From Abditibacteriaceae bacterium (GTDB lineage Bacteria > Armatimonadota > Abditibacteriia > Abditibacteriales > Abditibacteriaceae), in the NCBI GenBank assembly GCA_965277285.1, contig OZ255721.1:3520001-3584000 (forward strand): a stretch of DNA of 64,000 nt. The letters are read 5' to 3'. The translations under genes were made by a program, and so were the position numbers. Every line of letters begins with the position of its first letter. Position 1 is the stretch's first letter. Shown piece by piece: positions 30,172-39,414 of this stretch. Below the pieces are notes generated by a model. It was not told where the DNA came from. It made no database searches and was given only the letters and a program-made list of their open reading frames with translations.

Positions 30172-30690
30172 ATGGCTTACGATCCCGAAGCGCGTCAAAC
30201 TGGCAACTCCGCGATGATCATTGGAATTGTCGCACTGGTACTGATTGCGGGCGCTGTGCTGGCTTATTACGCCACGCGCCACAATGACAACGATACACCG
30301 ACATCGACCAGTACAACGATCATCAATGGCGCGACACCAGTGCCCGTGACTAATACGGTCATTGTCACCACGCCGTCCAGCGTCCCGACGCCCAACACAA
30401 TTCTTGTTCCGGTTCCTGGCAAAACTGTGACGAAAGTTGAGCGCAACACAACGATCATCAACCGCGAGCACACAGTTCCCGCGCCGAAAACGTCGCCCTC
30501 GGGTTCAAGTTCGTCGCCCAACGTGACCACCAACGTCAACATCACGCCGCCGAGCGGCAGCGCCAACAGCGGTTCTTCAACCACAGGCGCAGCCAACGAC
30601 GCAACGTCTGCTCCGGCCCCCGATATGGGCAACAGCGCGACCAACGATGCTACCAACAACGCGGCTACCAATTCAGCAACCGGTTATTAA
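30172..30690 (+). CDS. Membrane-anchored Thr/Pro/Asn-rich hypothetical protein
   Basis: RBS GGAGAG; one TM helix followed by a low-complexity tail; terminator downstream. Confidence 0.75.
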   Translation: MAYDPEARQTGNSAMIIGIVALVLIAGAVLAYYATRHNDNDTPTSTSTTIINGATPVPVTNTVIVTTPSSVPTPNTILVPVPGKTVTKVERNTTIINREHTVPAPKTSPSGSSSSPNVTTNVNITPPSGSANSGSSTTGAANDATSAPAPDMGNSATNDATNNAATNSATGY

Positions 30691-30698
30691 TCCGTTAC

Positions 30699-30749
30699 TG
30701 AAAAGCAATAAGCTCCTGAGAACGTTTCTCAGGAGCTTATTGCTTTTCA
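30699..30749. terminator. Bidirectional terminator after ftsA
   Basis: TGAAAAGCAATAAGCTCCTGAG-loop-CTCAGGAGCTTATTGCTTTTCA. Confidence 0.85.
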
Positions 30750-30766
30750 ACGTCGAGTACTCGATG

Positions 30767-32437
30767 TCATGCCGATTCCCAGCCCAAGGCATTGCGGACG
30801 CGGTTAATGAACTTCTTGAAGGGCGAGTGCACTTCTTCCGTTGCGGGGTCAAAACGAGGATGAGCCACAGCGTCGATGGTAGCTTTCTCTTCAAAAATTC
30901 CGCTGGAGTCGTTTGTAATATCGCGCGATGTTAAAGTTGGTTGCGCCTCGTCTGGCGAATCAGGGGCAGGTAAATTGTCAGAGACGTGTTTTTCCGTGAG
31001 AGGTGACGGCGTTGATTGAGTACTCGAAGTTGGCGGCGCCAGCAATGCATCTGCTGAAATTTGCGTAGCGACATGAGACGCGGAGGCACTTCCCGTCAAT
31101 GGGTTTGGCGCGGGTGCATCCGCAGACGACGCAACGGGAAGCGTAACTTGAGGCGCGCTGGTCGCCACAGATGCGGGAACCGAAGGTGTAAACGTTGCGC
31201 CCGAAGGTGCGCTCCAAACGCGGCGTCGCGGATCGGCCATTGCGGGCGCCATTTCGGGATTGGCACGAGTTGCCAACGGGTTTCCTAGCGTTCCAGGTTG
31301 TCGCAACGCAAAACGCAACAAGCCAACGCCGGTCGCAAACTGCGGCGAATCGACTTTATCGCTCCAACCCGCAAGCGCAATTGGTCGTCCCAGGCGAACC
31401 GGCAAATCAAAAATCTGGCTGGCTAATTCGGTTGCACCAGGCAGTAACGCGCCGCCACCCGTCAAAATGACGCCGCCCGCCAAACGATTTTGTATGCCCG
31501 CCGATTCAATCGCTTCGCGCGCCATTTCGAACAGTTCGCTCATGCGCGCTTCGATAATTTCGCCCAAAATGGCGCGCGGCAAACGCAACCTTTCGCCACT
31601 GCCCGCGGAGATCACTTCAAGCGCTTCGCCGTGCGGAATCAGATCGGGCGACGCCACACCGCGCTCCAACTTCAGCTTTTCGGCGATTTCAAAGGGCGTT
31701 CGGAGGCCAATTGAAATATCGCGCGTGACGTGCGTGCCGCCGACCGGAACCGCGTGCGAAAACGCGATGCTGCCATCTAAAAAAACTGCGATGTCGGATG
31801 TTCCGCCGCCTATGTCAATCAAGGCAACGCCCAATTCGCGCTCGTCCGGCGTCGCTACGGCTTCGCTGGTCGCAATCGGTTCAAGTACTAAAGCATCGAC
31901 AATAAGCCCGGCGCGCTCGACGCATTGCACGACGTTTTGCAGAAACCCCGCCGTTCCTGTCACGATATGCGTTTCGACTTCAAGCCTTTGACCGCACATT
32001 CCGACCGGACGGCGCACGCCTTTGTGACCATCAACGGCGAAGTCGCGCGGCAGAGAATGAATAATTTCGCGGTCGCGCGGCACGTCCATCGCCGCGGCGT
32101 GCATGACACGCTCCACATCGTCTTCGGTAACGACGCCCGCTTCGCCGGAAATCGTGACAGTTCCTTTGCGATTGGCCGATTGAATATGTTCGCCGGTCAC
32201 GCCGGCGACGACTTGCTCGACGTGAATTCCGGCCATGTGGCCGGCGCGCTCGACCGAATCGCGGATGGCGGAAACCGTGTCATCGACATCGACGACGACG
32301 CCTTTTTTGACGCCGCGAGAAGGCGCGATGCCGACGCCCGCAATCGTGATGCGACCTTGCGCATCGCCGTGCCCGATAACGGTGCAGACTTTGGTCGTCC
32401 CAATATCCAACCCGACCACGACATCCTCGCGCGCCAC
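30767..32437 (-). CDS. ftsA: Cell division protein FtsA with a long C-terminal linker
   Basis: VGLDIGTTKV, GVALIDIGGGTSD, GGVILTGGG, FATGVGL. Confidence 0.95.
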   Translation of the reverse strand: MAREDVVVGLDIGTTKVCTVIGHGDAQGRITIAGVGIAPSRGVKKGVVVDVDDTVSAIRDSVERAGHMAGIHVEQVVAGVTGEHIQSANRKGTVTISGEAGVVTEDDVERVMHAAAMDVPRDREIIHSLPRDFAVDGHKGVRRPVGMCGQRLEVETHIVTGTAGFLQNVVQCVERAGLIVDALVLEPIATSEAVATPDERELGVALIDIGGGTSDIAVFLDGSIAFSHAVPVGGTHVTRDISIGLRTPFEIAEKLKLERGVASPDLIPHGEALEVISAGSGERLRLPRAILGEIIEARMSELFEMAREAIESAGIQNRLAGGVILTGGGALLPGATELASQIFDLPVRLGRPIALAGWSDKVDSPQFATGVGLLRFALRQPGTLGNPLATRANPEMAPAMADPRRRVWSAPSGATFTPSVPASVATSAPQVTLPVASSADAPAPNPLTGSASASHVATQISADALLAPPTSSTQSTPSPLTEKHVSDNLPAPDSPDEAQPTLTSRDITNDSSGIFEEKATIDAVAHPRFDPATEEVHSPFKKFINRVRNALGWESA

Positions 32438-32584
32438 GTCATTCTCCTGCCTAATATTGCGATGAAACAGCGTCTACACACTGCTTGACACCATTTCTAA
32501 ACTGGCGCATCGAGTACTCGATGCGCCGAAAAAGGGCGCCAAACGCGCGCCCTTCGTGAAATTTATAACATTTTATCGCGCACT

Positions 32585-33049
32585 TTAGCGAATCGCTTCG
32601 GCGCCACGTTCGGGCAAAGTTTCAGTTTCTCTGTCGGCGTTTTCAAGGTCGCGTCCACGATGCGATTGGCGTAGCCTCCAGCGTTGAATCAAAATACGCC
32701 GCAGCACCGCCAGGTTATTGAAAATGCGCGAGCCGAAAACCACCACCGCTGCGATCAGCATCGCCGAAACGCGCTGCTCACCCACGCCGGTTTCCAAACC
32801 TAATCGTTCGCCAAAAACCACCAATCCGCCCGCCAGCAACGCGTTCACGAAAAAACCGGAAACGAAAACTACGTCGTCGAAGTCGTCCATCAGGTGCGCG
32901 CGCAAGCCGCCCAAAACGGTATCGAATCCGGCCAGAACAGCGATGGCAGTATAACGCGCGATGGCGTCATTCGCCGCGTAGGTGCCACCCGGCAGCCAGT
33001 AAATGAGGGCGAAACCCAGCGCGAGAGCGGCAAGAGGAAGCAGAATCAT
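32585..33049 (-). CDS. Small basic protein family (DUF1290/Sbp)
   Basis: YTAIAVLAGFDTVLGG..FVSGFFVNALLA..VFGSRIFNNLAVLRR; classic position between DUF881 and ftsA. Confidence 0.85.
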   Translation of the reverse strand: MILLPLAALALGFALIYWLPGGTYAANDAIARYTAIAVLAGFDTVLGGLRAHLMDDFDDVVFVSGFFVNALLAGGLVVFGERLGLETGVGEQRVSAMLIAAVVVFGSRIFNNLAVLRRILIQRWRLRQSHRGRDLENADRETETLPERGAEAIR

Positions 33050-33100
33050 GGCGAAAGCGAAAGTTGAGTTTCGAGTACTCGAAATAGGAGACAGTCAGGT

Positions 33101-33967
33101 TTATGAGACCGGTTTGGCATCTCTGAAACGTGGCGCGCCGTTGCTGGCGGGCAGCGTTAATCGGTCAATTTGCTCGGTTTTGATTTGCAACGCCGGGCCA
33201 CGCGTCGGGTCTTTCAAGTTATACAATATACCGCCCGGCATATTGACGGCTTTGTCCAGCGCTTCGGCGTTGCCAATCGCTTCAATCGTGAAAGGCGCCG
33301 CAATTGGCTGACCTTCGACTTGAATCACCGGGCCGACGCAGCGGATCGGAGTGTAGCCCGTCACGCGCGTGCCGTCGCTTTGTCCAGCGCCTTTGATGGA
33401 AATCGCTTCGGCGTTCGCCAATCGCAGTTCGTTGACGGTTTGCAGCAAATCGAAATCGTGAACGATACCGGGCAAAAAGCTGCTGGCGTCAGCGTTTTTA
33501 GCCGCATTCGGATTGTCGTCCAGCGTGATGCGAATACCTGGTCCCTTGACAGCCGTCAAACCGGCGGCCATTTGCAGATTGCTCATTTGCGCGTTCAACG
33601 CCTTGACTTGTTGGATCTGCTGCGTCGAAAGAGCGCCGCTGCTTAACAGTTTCTGGCGCAAGTTGGCGATTTGCTGGCGCGTTTTTTCGCTTTCCTGCGC
33701 CGAACGCGCCGCAGCCTGGCGCAACAAGGTCGATTGTTTTTGTTGCACAACCAGCACATCGGCCGCCTGCTGCGCTTTAATTGTTTGCTTTGCTTTCACG
33801 TCTTGCGCGCTTTTCACCGCGCGCAACTGCATCGCCAGAGCTGCGCCAAACACGAAACAAATGCCGGTCAGCGAAACCAGCCACGTATTGGCGCGACGAG
33901 ACACGCGCGGCGCCGCAGCATTGGCCGTCACACTTCCCAAAGGCGTTGAAGAATACCGAGTACTCAT
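33101..33967 (-). CDS. DUF881 family protein
   Basis: AGLTAVKGPGIRITLDD, VHDFDL..VNEL..AEAISI, IRCVGP, PFTIEAIG. Confidence 0.9.
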   Translation of the reverse strand: MSTRYSSTPLGSVTANAAAPRVSRRANTWLVSLTGICFVFGAALAMQLRAVKSAQDVKAKQTIKAQQAADVLVVQQKQSTLLRQAAARSAQESEKTRQQIANLRQKLLSSGALSTQQIQQVKALNAQMSNLQMAAGLTAVKGPGIRITLDDNPNAAKNADASSFLPGIVHDFDLLQTVNELRLANAEAISIKGAGQSDGTRVTGYTPIRCVGPVIQVEGQPIAAPFTIEAIGNAEALDKAVNMPGGILYNLKDPTRGPALQIKTEQIDRLTLPASNGAPRFRDAKPVS

Positions 33968-34006
33968 TGTCGCGTCACCATCCAGAAAAGAACGAAAAGG
34001 AACAAA

Positions 34007-35260
34007 TTAGCCGCTGCGAAGGTTCGCGCTCGTCGGTTGCGCACCCGAAGTTTGCAATGGTATAGCCGACGCGCGAGGCGTCCACACCGGCATCGCATAG
34101 GTTATCAAATTGAGTACGATAGCGCGTCGTCCGCTGGCCTGCAAATAATCGAGCGATTGGCGCGCGCGACCTAACTTTTGCGCCCACTCTTCGCCGCCCA
34201 ATTGCACCAAAGTCGCGTCGTGAAAACCGCCTGCTAAACGCACCGAAGCAAAGCCATGTTCATCAAAATAAATACGCTTCAAATTCCACGCTTTGCCCGC
34301 AGATCGCTGTTGCGACAGCAATTGTACGAACTGTGTGACACGCGTCCACGCGTCTTTATCAAGAGGTTTGCCGAAGGTCGGCGCCCACGCCGCATCGTAA
34401 ATTGCGTCCAGTTTGCTGTCCTCGTCGCGAGCTTTGCGAAAAGGTACGCCATCTTCGTCTGCGACCCACCACGAACGTTCGTTTCCGACGCGAACAAACG
34501 CTTTGCGCTCCACAATAGAAATCGTCATTTGCGGTGGCCACGTCGCCAAACGCCGAATGCGCGCTTCCTTCACGACCGGCAAAGCAATCAACTTCGCAAC
34601 CGCGTCTTTGGTGCGCGCGCGAAAAATATTCTGCCCGACAAATTGCGCTTGAATCTTTTCGAGAACCGAAGGCGAAACCAAATGCGCGCCTTCCACTTGA
34701 ACGCTGCGAACTTCCATTTCAGGACGCGTTAAGGCCAGGCCAACGCACAAAATTCCCAATATGCCCGCCATCGTCCACGTCAGGCGGCGTACGCGTTTCC
34801 AATTCGGATTGTTGCGGTCGCGGCGCGCTGCCTGCAAATCCGCTTTGCGTTGTAACTCAGCGCGTCGCTCTTGCACCGCGCGTTCACTGTGACTCGGCGC
34901 ATCTTTGTCTACGGAAGGTGTTGCGACTTTGGCGGCTGCGACTTTGGCGGCTGCGACTTCCGCCACGTTCGCGTTTGTTGCTTTGTCTGATTCGGTATCG
35001 GGCACCAACATGACGTGGCCGTGCGTTGGAAAACCGTGCGCATCGTGCGTCGCCTGGCGAAACATTGCGGAGCGCGATTTCAGGCGCGCCGCGCGTTCGT
35101 GTTCGATTTGCTCGGCTTCACGCGCGGCTTCTTGTTCCGCTTTCTGCTGCGGCGTCAAAAGCGGCGCGGCCTGAGCTTCGCGCAATTGCGCTTCGCGCGC
35201 CAGGCGACGTTTGCGCGCCGGATAGCCGCCATAATCAATCGGGCCACGAATCGGTTTCAT
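34007..35260 (-). CDS. ftsQ: Cell division protein FtsQ/DivIB
   Basis: Single TM helix, then a POTRA-like VRSVQVEG..P.VKEA...PP..I.IVER region; lies between ddl and ftsA. Confidence 0.8.
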   Translation of the reverse strand: MKPIRGPIDYGGYPARKRRLAREAQLREAQAAPLLTPQQKAEQEAAREAEQIEHERAARLKSRSAMFRQATHDAHGFPTHGHVMLVPDTESDKATNANVAEVAAAKVAAAKVATPSVDKDAPSHSERAVQERRAELQRKADLQAARRDRNNPNWKRVRRLTWTMAGILGILCVGLALTRPEMEVRSVQVEGAHLVSPSVLEKIQAQFVGQNIFRARTKDAVAKLIALPVVKEARIRRLATWPPQMTISIVERKAFVRVGNERSWWVADEDGVPFRKARDEDSKLDAIYDAAWAPTFGKPLDKDAWTRVTQFVQLLSQQRSAGKAWNLKRIYFDEHGFASVRLAGGFHDATLVQLGGEEWAQKLGRARQSLDYLQASGRRAIVLNLITYAMPVWTPRASAIPLQTSGAQPTSANLRSG

Positions 35261-36285
35261 CGGTTTTCTCCCGCCACATCTTTCATTCGAGTACTCGATT
35301 GCTGTAACAAGGCGCCTTCGACCAAACTTTGAATCAATTGTGGAAATTCAATTCCCGCAGCGCGCGCCGCATCCGGCACCAAACTCGTCGCAGTCATGCC
35401 AGGCAAAGTGTTAATTTCTAAAAACACCGACGTACCGTCGCTTTGCACCAGAAAGTCGGAGCGCGACACGCCGCGACATCCCAAAATGCGATGTGCCTTG
35501 AGCGCGTCTTCTTGAATGCGCTTCTGAACGTCTTCGCTCAGTCGTGGCGGAATCAAATGCTGCGAACCACCGCTGGCATACTTCGCCTGGAAATCGTAAA
35601 AACCGCCATTGCTTTGCGGCACAATTTCGATGACCGGCAAAGCGCGCGCGTTCTCGCCTTCGCCCATGATCGGCGCCGTTACTTCCACGCCTTCGATCAG
35701 TTCTTCCACCAACGCCGTGCCGCCATCGGACAGCGCACTTTGTAAGGCTTGACGCCATTTTTCGCGGTCGCTTGTGTCTTGCAAAATTGTGACGCCGACC
35801 GATGAACCGCCATGATTCGGCTTGACAACGCAGGCGCCATCAAATGGCGGCGCAGCGTTTTCGTCTTCGGTAATTGCGCCGCGCGGCACTGTCAAACCTT
35901 CGTCGCGCATCAACAATTTGCACAATTGCTTATCCATGGCAATCGTCGAACCGCGCGGCGGCGTGCCGACATACGGCAAACCGGCGATTTCGAGCACGGC
36001 TTGCAGCGTCCCATCTTCGCCCCAGCCGCCATGCAGTGCGGACAAAACGACATCGAAGTCTTCTAAAGCCAAGATCAAATCGCGCCAAAAAATAAATTCT
36101 GCATCTTCAACGTCTTCGCGCGGTTCAGAAGCGACATCGAAGAGACAAACAAAAAAACGCGCATCGTTCAACGCGTCGCGCATCGCCTGACCCGTCTTGA
36201 GAGAAATCGCGCGCTCGGATGAATCGCCGCCTAACAGCAGCGCCACGCGAATCGGATTTTGATGGGGAGGAAAACCGTTGTTCAT
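35257..36285 (-). CDS. ddl: D-alanine--D-alanine ligase
   Basis: GGDSSERAIS, LHGGWGEDG, GSSVG, YDFQAKY, LEINTLPGMT. Confidence 0.96.
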   Translation of the reverse strand: MNNGFPPHQNPIRVALLLGGDSSERAISLKTGQAMRDALNDARFFVCLFDVASEPREDVEDAEFIFWRDLILALEDFDVVLSALHGGWGEDGTLQAVLEIAGLPYVGTPPRGSTIAMDKQLCKLLMRDEGLTVPRGAITEDENAAPPFDGACVVKPNHGGSSVGVTILQDTSDREKWRQALQSALSDGGTALVEELIEGVEVTAPIMGEGENARALPVIEIVPQSNGGFYDFQAKYASGGSQHLIPPRLSEDVQKRIQEDALKAHRILGCRGVSRSDFLVQSDGTSVFLEINTLPGMTATSLVPDAARAAGIEFPQLIQSLVEGALLQQSSTRMKDVAGENR

Positions 36286-36341
36286 TATGTATTCGTTGAC
36301 AAGACCTATCCGCTGGCAAGGCCGCTGATTTTGGTAATGTT

Positions 36342-36587
36342 TTACTTGTTCTTATTTTTATTTTTGAGGCTGACCCAGAATGCGACCAAGCCGCAGCCAA
36401 GCGTAGCCACGATGATAGACAAGTTGGCTTGCCGCAAGAAAACACTTGTGTCGAAACGGGCGTTGTGCTTCGAGTTCATCAACAGCAGGCACATTGAGAG
36501 CGCGCTTCCTATCACCAGAGCCAATGCGCTGGCGGCGATTCCCTTAGCAAGGCTGGCGGCAACAGTTCCAAGTTTCCCTTTGTTCAT
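36342..36587 (-). CDS. Small two-TM hypothetical protein inside the dcw cluster
   Basis: RBS GGGAG, ATG and two hydrophobic segments. Confidence 0.5.
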   Translation of the reverse strand: MNKGKLGTVAASLAKGIAASALALVIGSALSMCLLLMNSKHNARFDTSVFLRQANLSIIVATLGCGLVAFWVSLKNKNKNK

Positions 36588-36735
36588 CTCGGCTCCCTGA
36601 ATCCTGAATCACGTAATTCATTGCACCACCAAGCCACGCGCAAAGAAAGCGGGTTCAATTTCTCGATTTCGGCCATCGCTTCGGTTTATGCTCGACTTAT
36701 GAAAGCGATTTATTGTAATTCTTCGCGCGTCTCGA

Positions 36736-37680
36736 TTAATCTAACAAACGCACCTCGCGCTCCAACTGAATACCGCGCGCATCGAGTACGCGATGTTCGA
36801 CTTTCGCCAGCAATTGTCGCACATCGTCGCCCGTCGCGCCGCCTGCATTGATGACGAAGTTACCGTGTAGCGTGCTAACTTGCGCGCCGCCGACTTGCAA
36901 ACCTTTCAAACCCAGTTGTTCGACCAACTGTCCGGCGCTGGCGCAACCTTCGACTTTCGGGTTTTTCCAGGCGCAACCCGCAGAAGCCGCGCTGACAGGC
37001 TGCGTTTCGCGCCGGATGCGCAACAATTCGGCGACCGCCTCCTGATGAACTTTCGCCTGCGCTTCGCTCAACGGCTTCAAGGCGAAAGTCGCTTCCGTGA
37101 CAACCATTTCGCCCAGAGACGAGCGACGATAAGAAAACTCCAATTCGCGCTTTTCGAGTACTCGACGCGTGCCACTGCGGTCGAAAACCGCCACAGAAAC
37201 CAGATCGGCTTGCGCGTCACGACCTTCAAAACCCTCGCCATTGAAGCCGCGCGAACCGGCATTGCCCCAGACCGAGCCGCCGACCGCGCCCGGAATACCG
37301 CACGCCCATTCAAAGTTGCCCAGACGATTTTTCAAGGCGACCTTGGTCAGAACCGGCAATAACATCGCGCCGCCCGCAATCAAGCGATTGTCTTCGACAC
37401 GATGCCACGCGAAACCCGAACCCAATTTCAAAACCAGGCCGTCAAAACCCACATCACTGGGAACCATATTCGAGCCGTTGCCCAAATTTTGAACGCGCAC
37501 ACCATCTTTTTTGGCGGCCTGCAAAACCGCCACAAGTTCGTCTTCGCTGTTCGGCAACGCCATCCAGCGCGCCGCGCCGCCGACTTTAATCGTGGTGTGG
37601 CGCGACAACATTTCGCCGTGTAAGGCCACATCGTCCAGCATATATCGAGTACTCGAAAGAGGTGAAAACGTCGAAGTCAT
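36736..37680 (-). CDS. murB: UDP-N-acetylenolpyruvoylglucosamine reductase
   Basis: HTTIKVGG, LGNGSN, GIPGAVGG, FSYRRS, SAGCAWKNP, HGNF, LEREV. Confidence 0.93.
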   Translation of the reverse strand: MTSTFSPLSSTRYMLDDVALHGEMLSRHTTIKVGGAARWMALPNSEDELVAVLQAAKKDGVRVQNLGNGSNMVPSDVGFDGLVLKLGSGFAWHRVEDNRLIAGGAMLLPVLTKVALKNRLGNFEWACGIPGAVGGSVWGNAGSRGFNGEGFEGRDAQADLVSVAVFDRSGTRRVLEKRELEFSYRRSSLGEMVVTEATFALKPLSEAQAKVHQEAVAELLRIRRETQPVSAASAGCAWKNPKVEGCASAGQLVEQLGLKGLQVGGAQVSTLHGNFVINAGGATGDDVRQLLAKVEHRVLDARGIQLEREVRLLD

Positions 37681-37694
37681 GGAATGCAGAAGAA

Positions 37695-39161
37695 TTAGGG
37701 AGCAGCAGCGGTTTGTTGCGATTCTTTGTCTTTCAAGTCGCGCAGCAACAGCGGCGGCAACGTTGTAATATCTCCTGCGCCCAGACAAATTACGGCGTCG
37801 CCTGGCTGCGCCATTTCCATCACAAGAGCGCGCGCTTGCTCCAAGTTTTCTGCGTAGCGCACATCTTTGCCAGGAAACGTTTGGCAGACGGCATCGAAGA
37901 CAATCCTGCCGCTGACACCAGGAATCGGTTCTTCCCACGCCGAATAAAGTTCGGTGATGACAATGCGATCTGCTGCGACGAAACTGGGGCCGAATTCATG
38001 TCCCATTTGCTGCGTGCGACTGTAACGATGTGGCTGAAAAACCGCCAAAATCGGGCGCTCCAAAAACTCGCGCGCCGCGTTGAGTGTGGTCGCCACCTCG
38101 GTTGGATGATGGCCGTAATCGTCGTAAATCAGGACGTGATTGGCTTCGCCGATGCGCTGAAAACGCCGCTTGACGCCATAAAAATCGGCCAGACTTTCGC
38201 CGGCGCGCGAATAAGCTTCGGGGAATTGGCCGTCTTGTGTCGTAGCGGCGCAAATGGCGGCCAGAGCGTTGGAAATATTGTGGCGTCCGGGCGCGCCCAG
38301 CGCGTAATTGCCTATGGTTTGCGGTTCGCGTCCCAGTGTATATTCCAAATCGAAGCGCGCAAAACCGCCGCCGATGGTGATATTTTTCGCCTGCAAAATG
38401 CCGTTTTTCAAGCCGTAGCTCAATTCGTTTTCGTTCGGGTCGAGCCTGGAAATCAGGCGCGTATCGTCAGCGTTGAGGATTACGGCGTCGCGCGCGTTTT
38501 CGACAAAAATGCCGAAGGCGCGCCACAGTTCGCTTTCTTGGTCTTCGTAATTTTCTAAATGCTCGGCTTCAACGTTGGTAATGACGGCGACCGAAGGCGT
38601 CAAAAGCGTGAACGAACCATCCGATTCGTCTGCTTCGACAACCACCAAGTCGTTGGAACCCAGGCGCACATTCGAGCCAAACGGCGGATATTCGGCGCCC
38701 AAAATCGCCGTCGGATTGAAGCCACATTCCACCAAAATGTGCGCGATGAGCGCGCTCGTCGTGCTTTTGCCGTGCGTGCCGGAAACCGCAATCGAACTTT
38801 CCGCGCTATTCACAAAATACGCCAAAACCTGCGCGCGATGCCATTGCGGAAGATTCTTTTCTTTGGCCGCCGCGCGTTCGGGATTGTCCTCGCTGATGGC
38901 CGAACCGAAAATTACGGCGTCGTAACTGTCGACGTTTTGCACATTGTGACCAATGACTATGCGAATGTTCGCGTCGCGCAGTTTTTGCGTCATCGCACTT
39001 TCGGTCGCATCCGAACCGCTGATTTGGTGTCCGCGCGCTTGCAGGGCAAAGGCGAGCGCGCTCATGCCGATGCCGCCGATGCCGACGAAGTGAACGCGAC
39101 GCGGCGTGTCGAAAAACGTAGTGGGAAGCGGAGCAAGTGCGTCAAAATCGCGCCAGCGCAT
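37695..39161 (-). CDS. murC: UDP-N-acetylmuramate--L-alanine ligase
   Basis: HFVGIGGIGMS, GTHGKSTT, EADESDGSF, DDYGHHPTE, FQPHRYSRT. Confidence 0.97.
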   Translation of the reverse strand: MRWRDFDALAPLPTTFFDTPRRVHFVGIGGIGMSALAFALQARGHQISGSDATESAMTQKLRDANIRIVIGHNVQNVDSYDAVIFGSAISEDNPERAAAKEKNLPQWHRAQVLAYFVNSAESSIAVSGTHGKSTTSALIAHILVECGFNPTAILGAEYPPFGSNVRLGSNDLVVVEADESDGSFTLLTPSVAVITNVEAEHLENYEDQESELWRAFGIFVENARDAVILNADDTRLISRLDPNENELSYGLKNGILQAKNITIGGGFARFDLEYTLGREPQTIGNYALGAPGRHNISNALAAICAATTQDGQFPEAYSRAGESLADFYGVKRRFQRIGEANHVLIYDDYGHHPTEVATTLNAAREFLERPILAVFQPHRYSRTQQMGHEFGPSFVAADRIVITELYSAWEEPIPGVSGRIVFDAVCQTFPGKDVRYAENLEQARALVMEMAQPGDAVICLGAGDITTLPPLLLRDLKDKESQQTAAAP

Positions 39162-39414
39162 AATAAAATAAGAAACGAAGGTGCACAGATTTTAACCTTC
39201 ATCAAGCCTTTTCGCAATGTCAATTCTGCGACAATTGCGCCCATCGAGTACTCGAACTGGACAAAGACGTTTCGTTGCGTTATAATTTTGCTGTTTGCCA
39301 AAACCTCCCCGGCAAACACGGCCCAAAACTTCTCCCTCGTGCGTCAACGTTCTTTCTTCTGACCTGCGCGGCATTTCCAAAGCAGCGGGTCATATTTAGA
39401 AAACAAGGAACTTG

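Noticed and set aside
34923..34958. 15-bp tandem repeat in ftsQ
   Set aside because: In-frame low-complexity AAAKV repeat in a disordered region.
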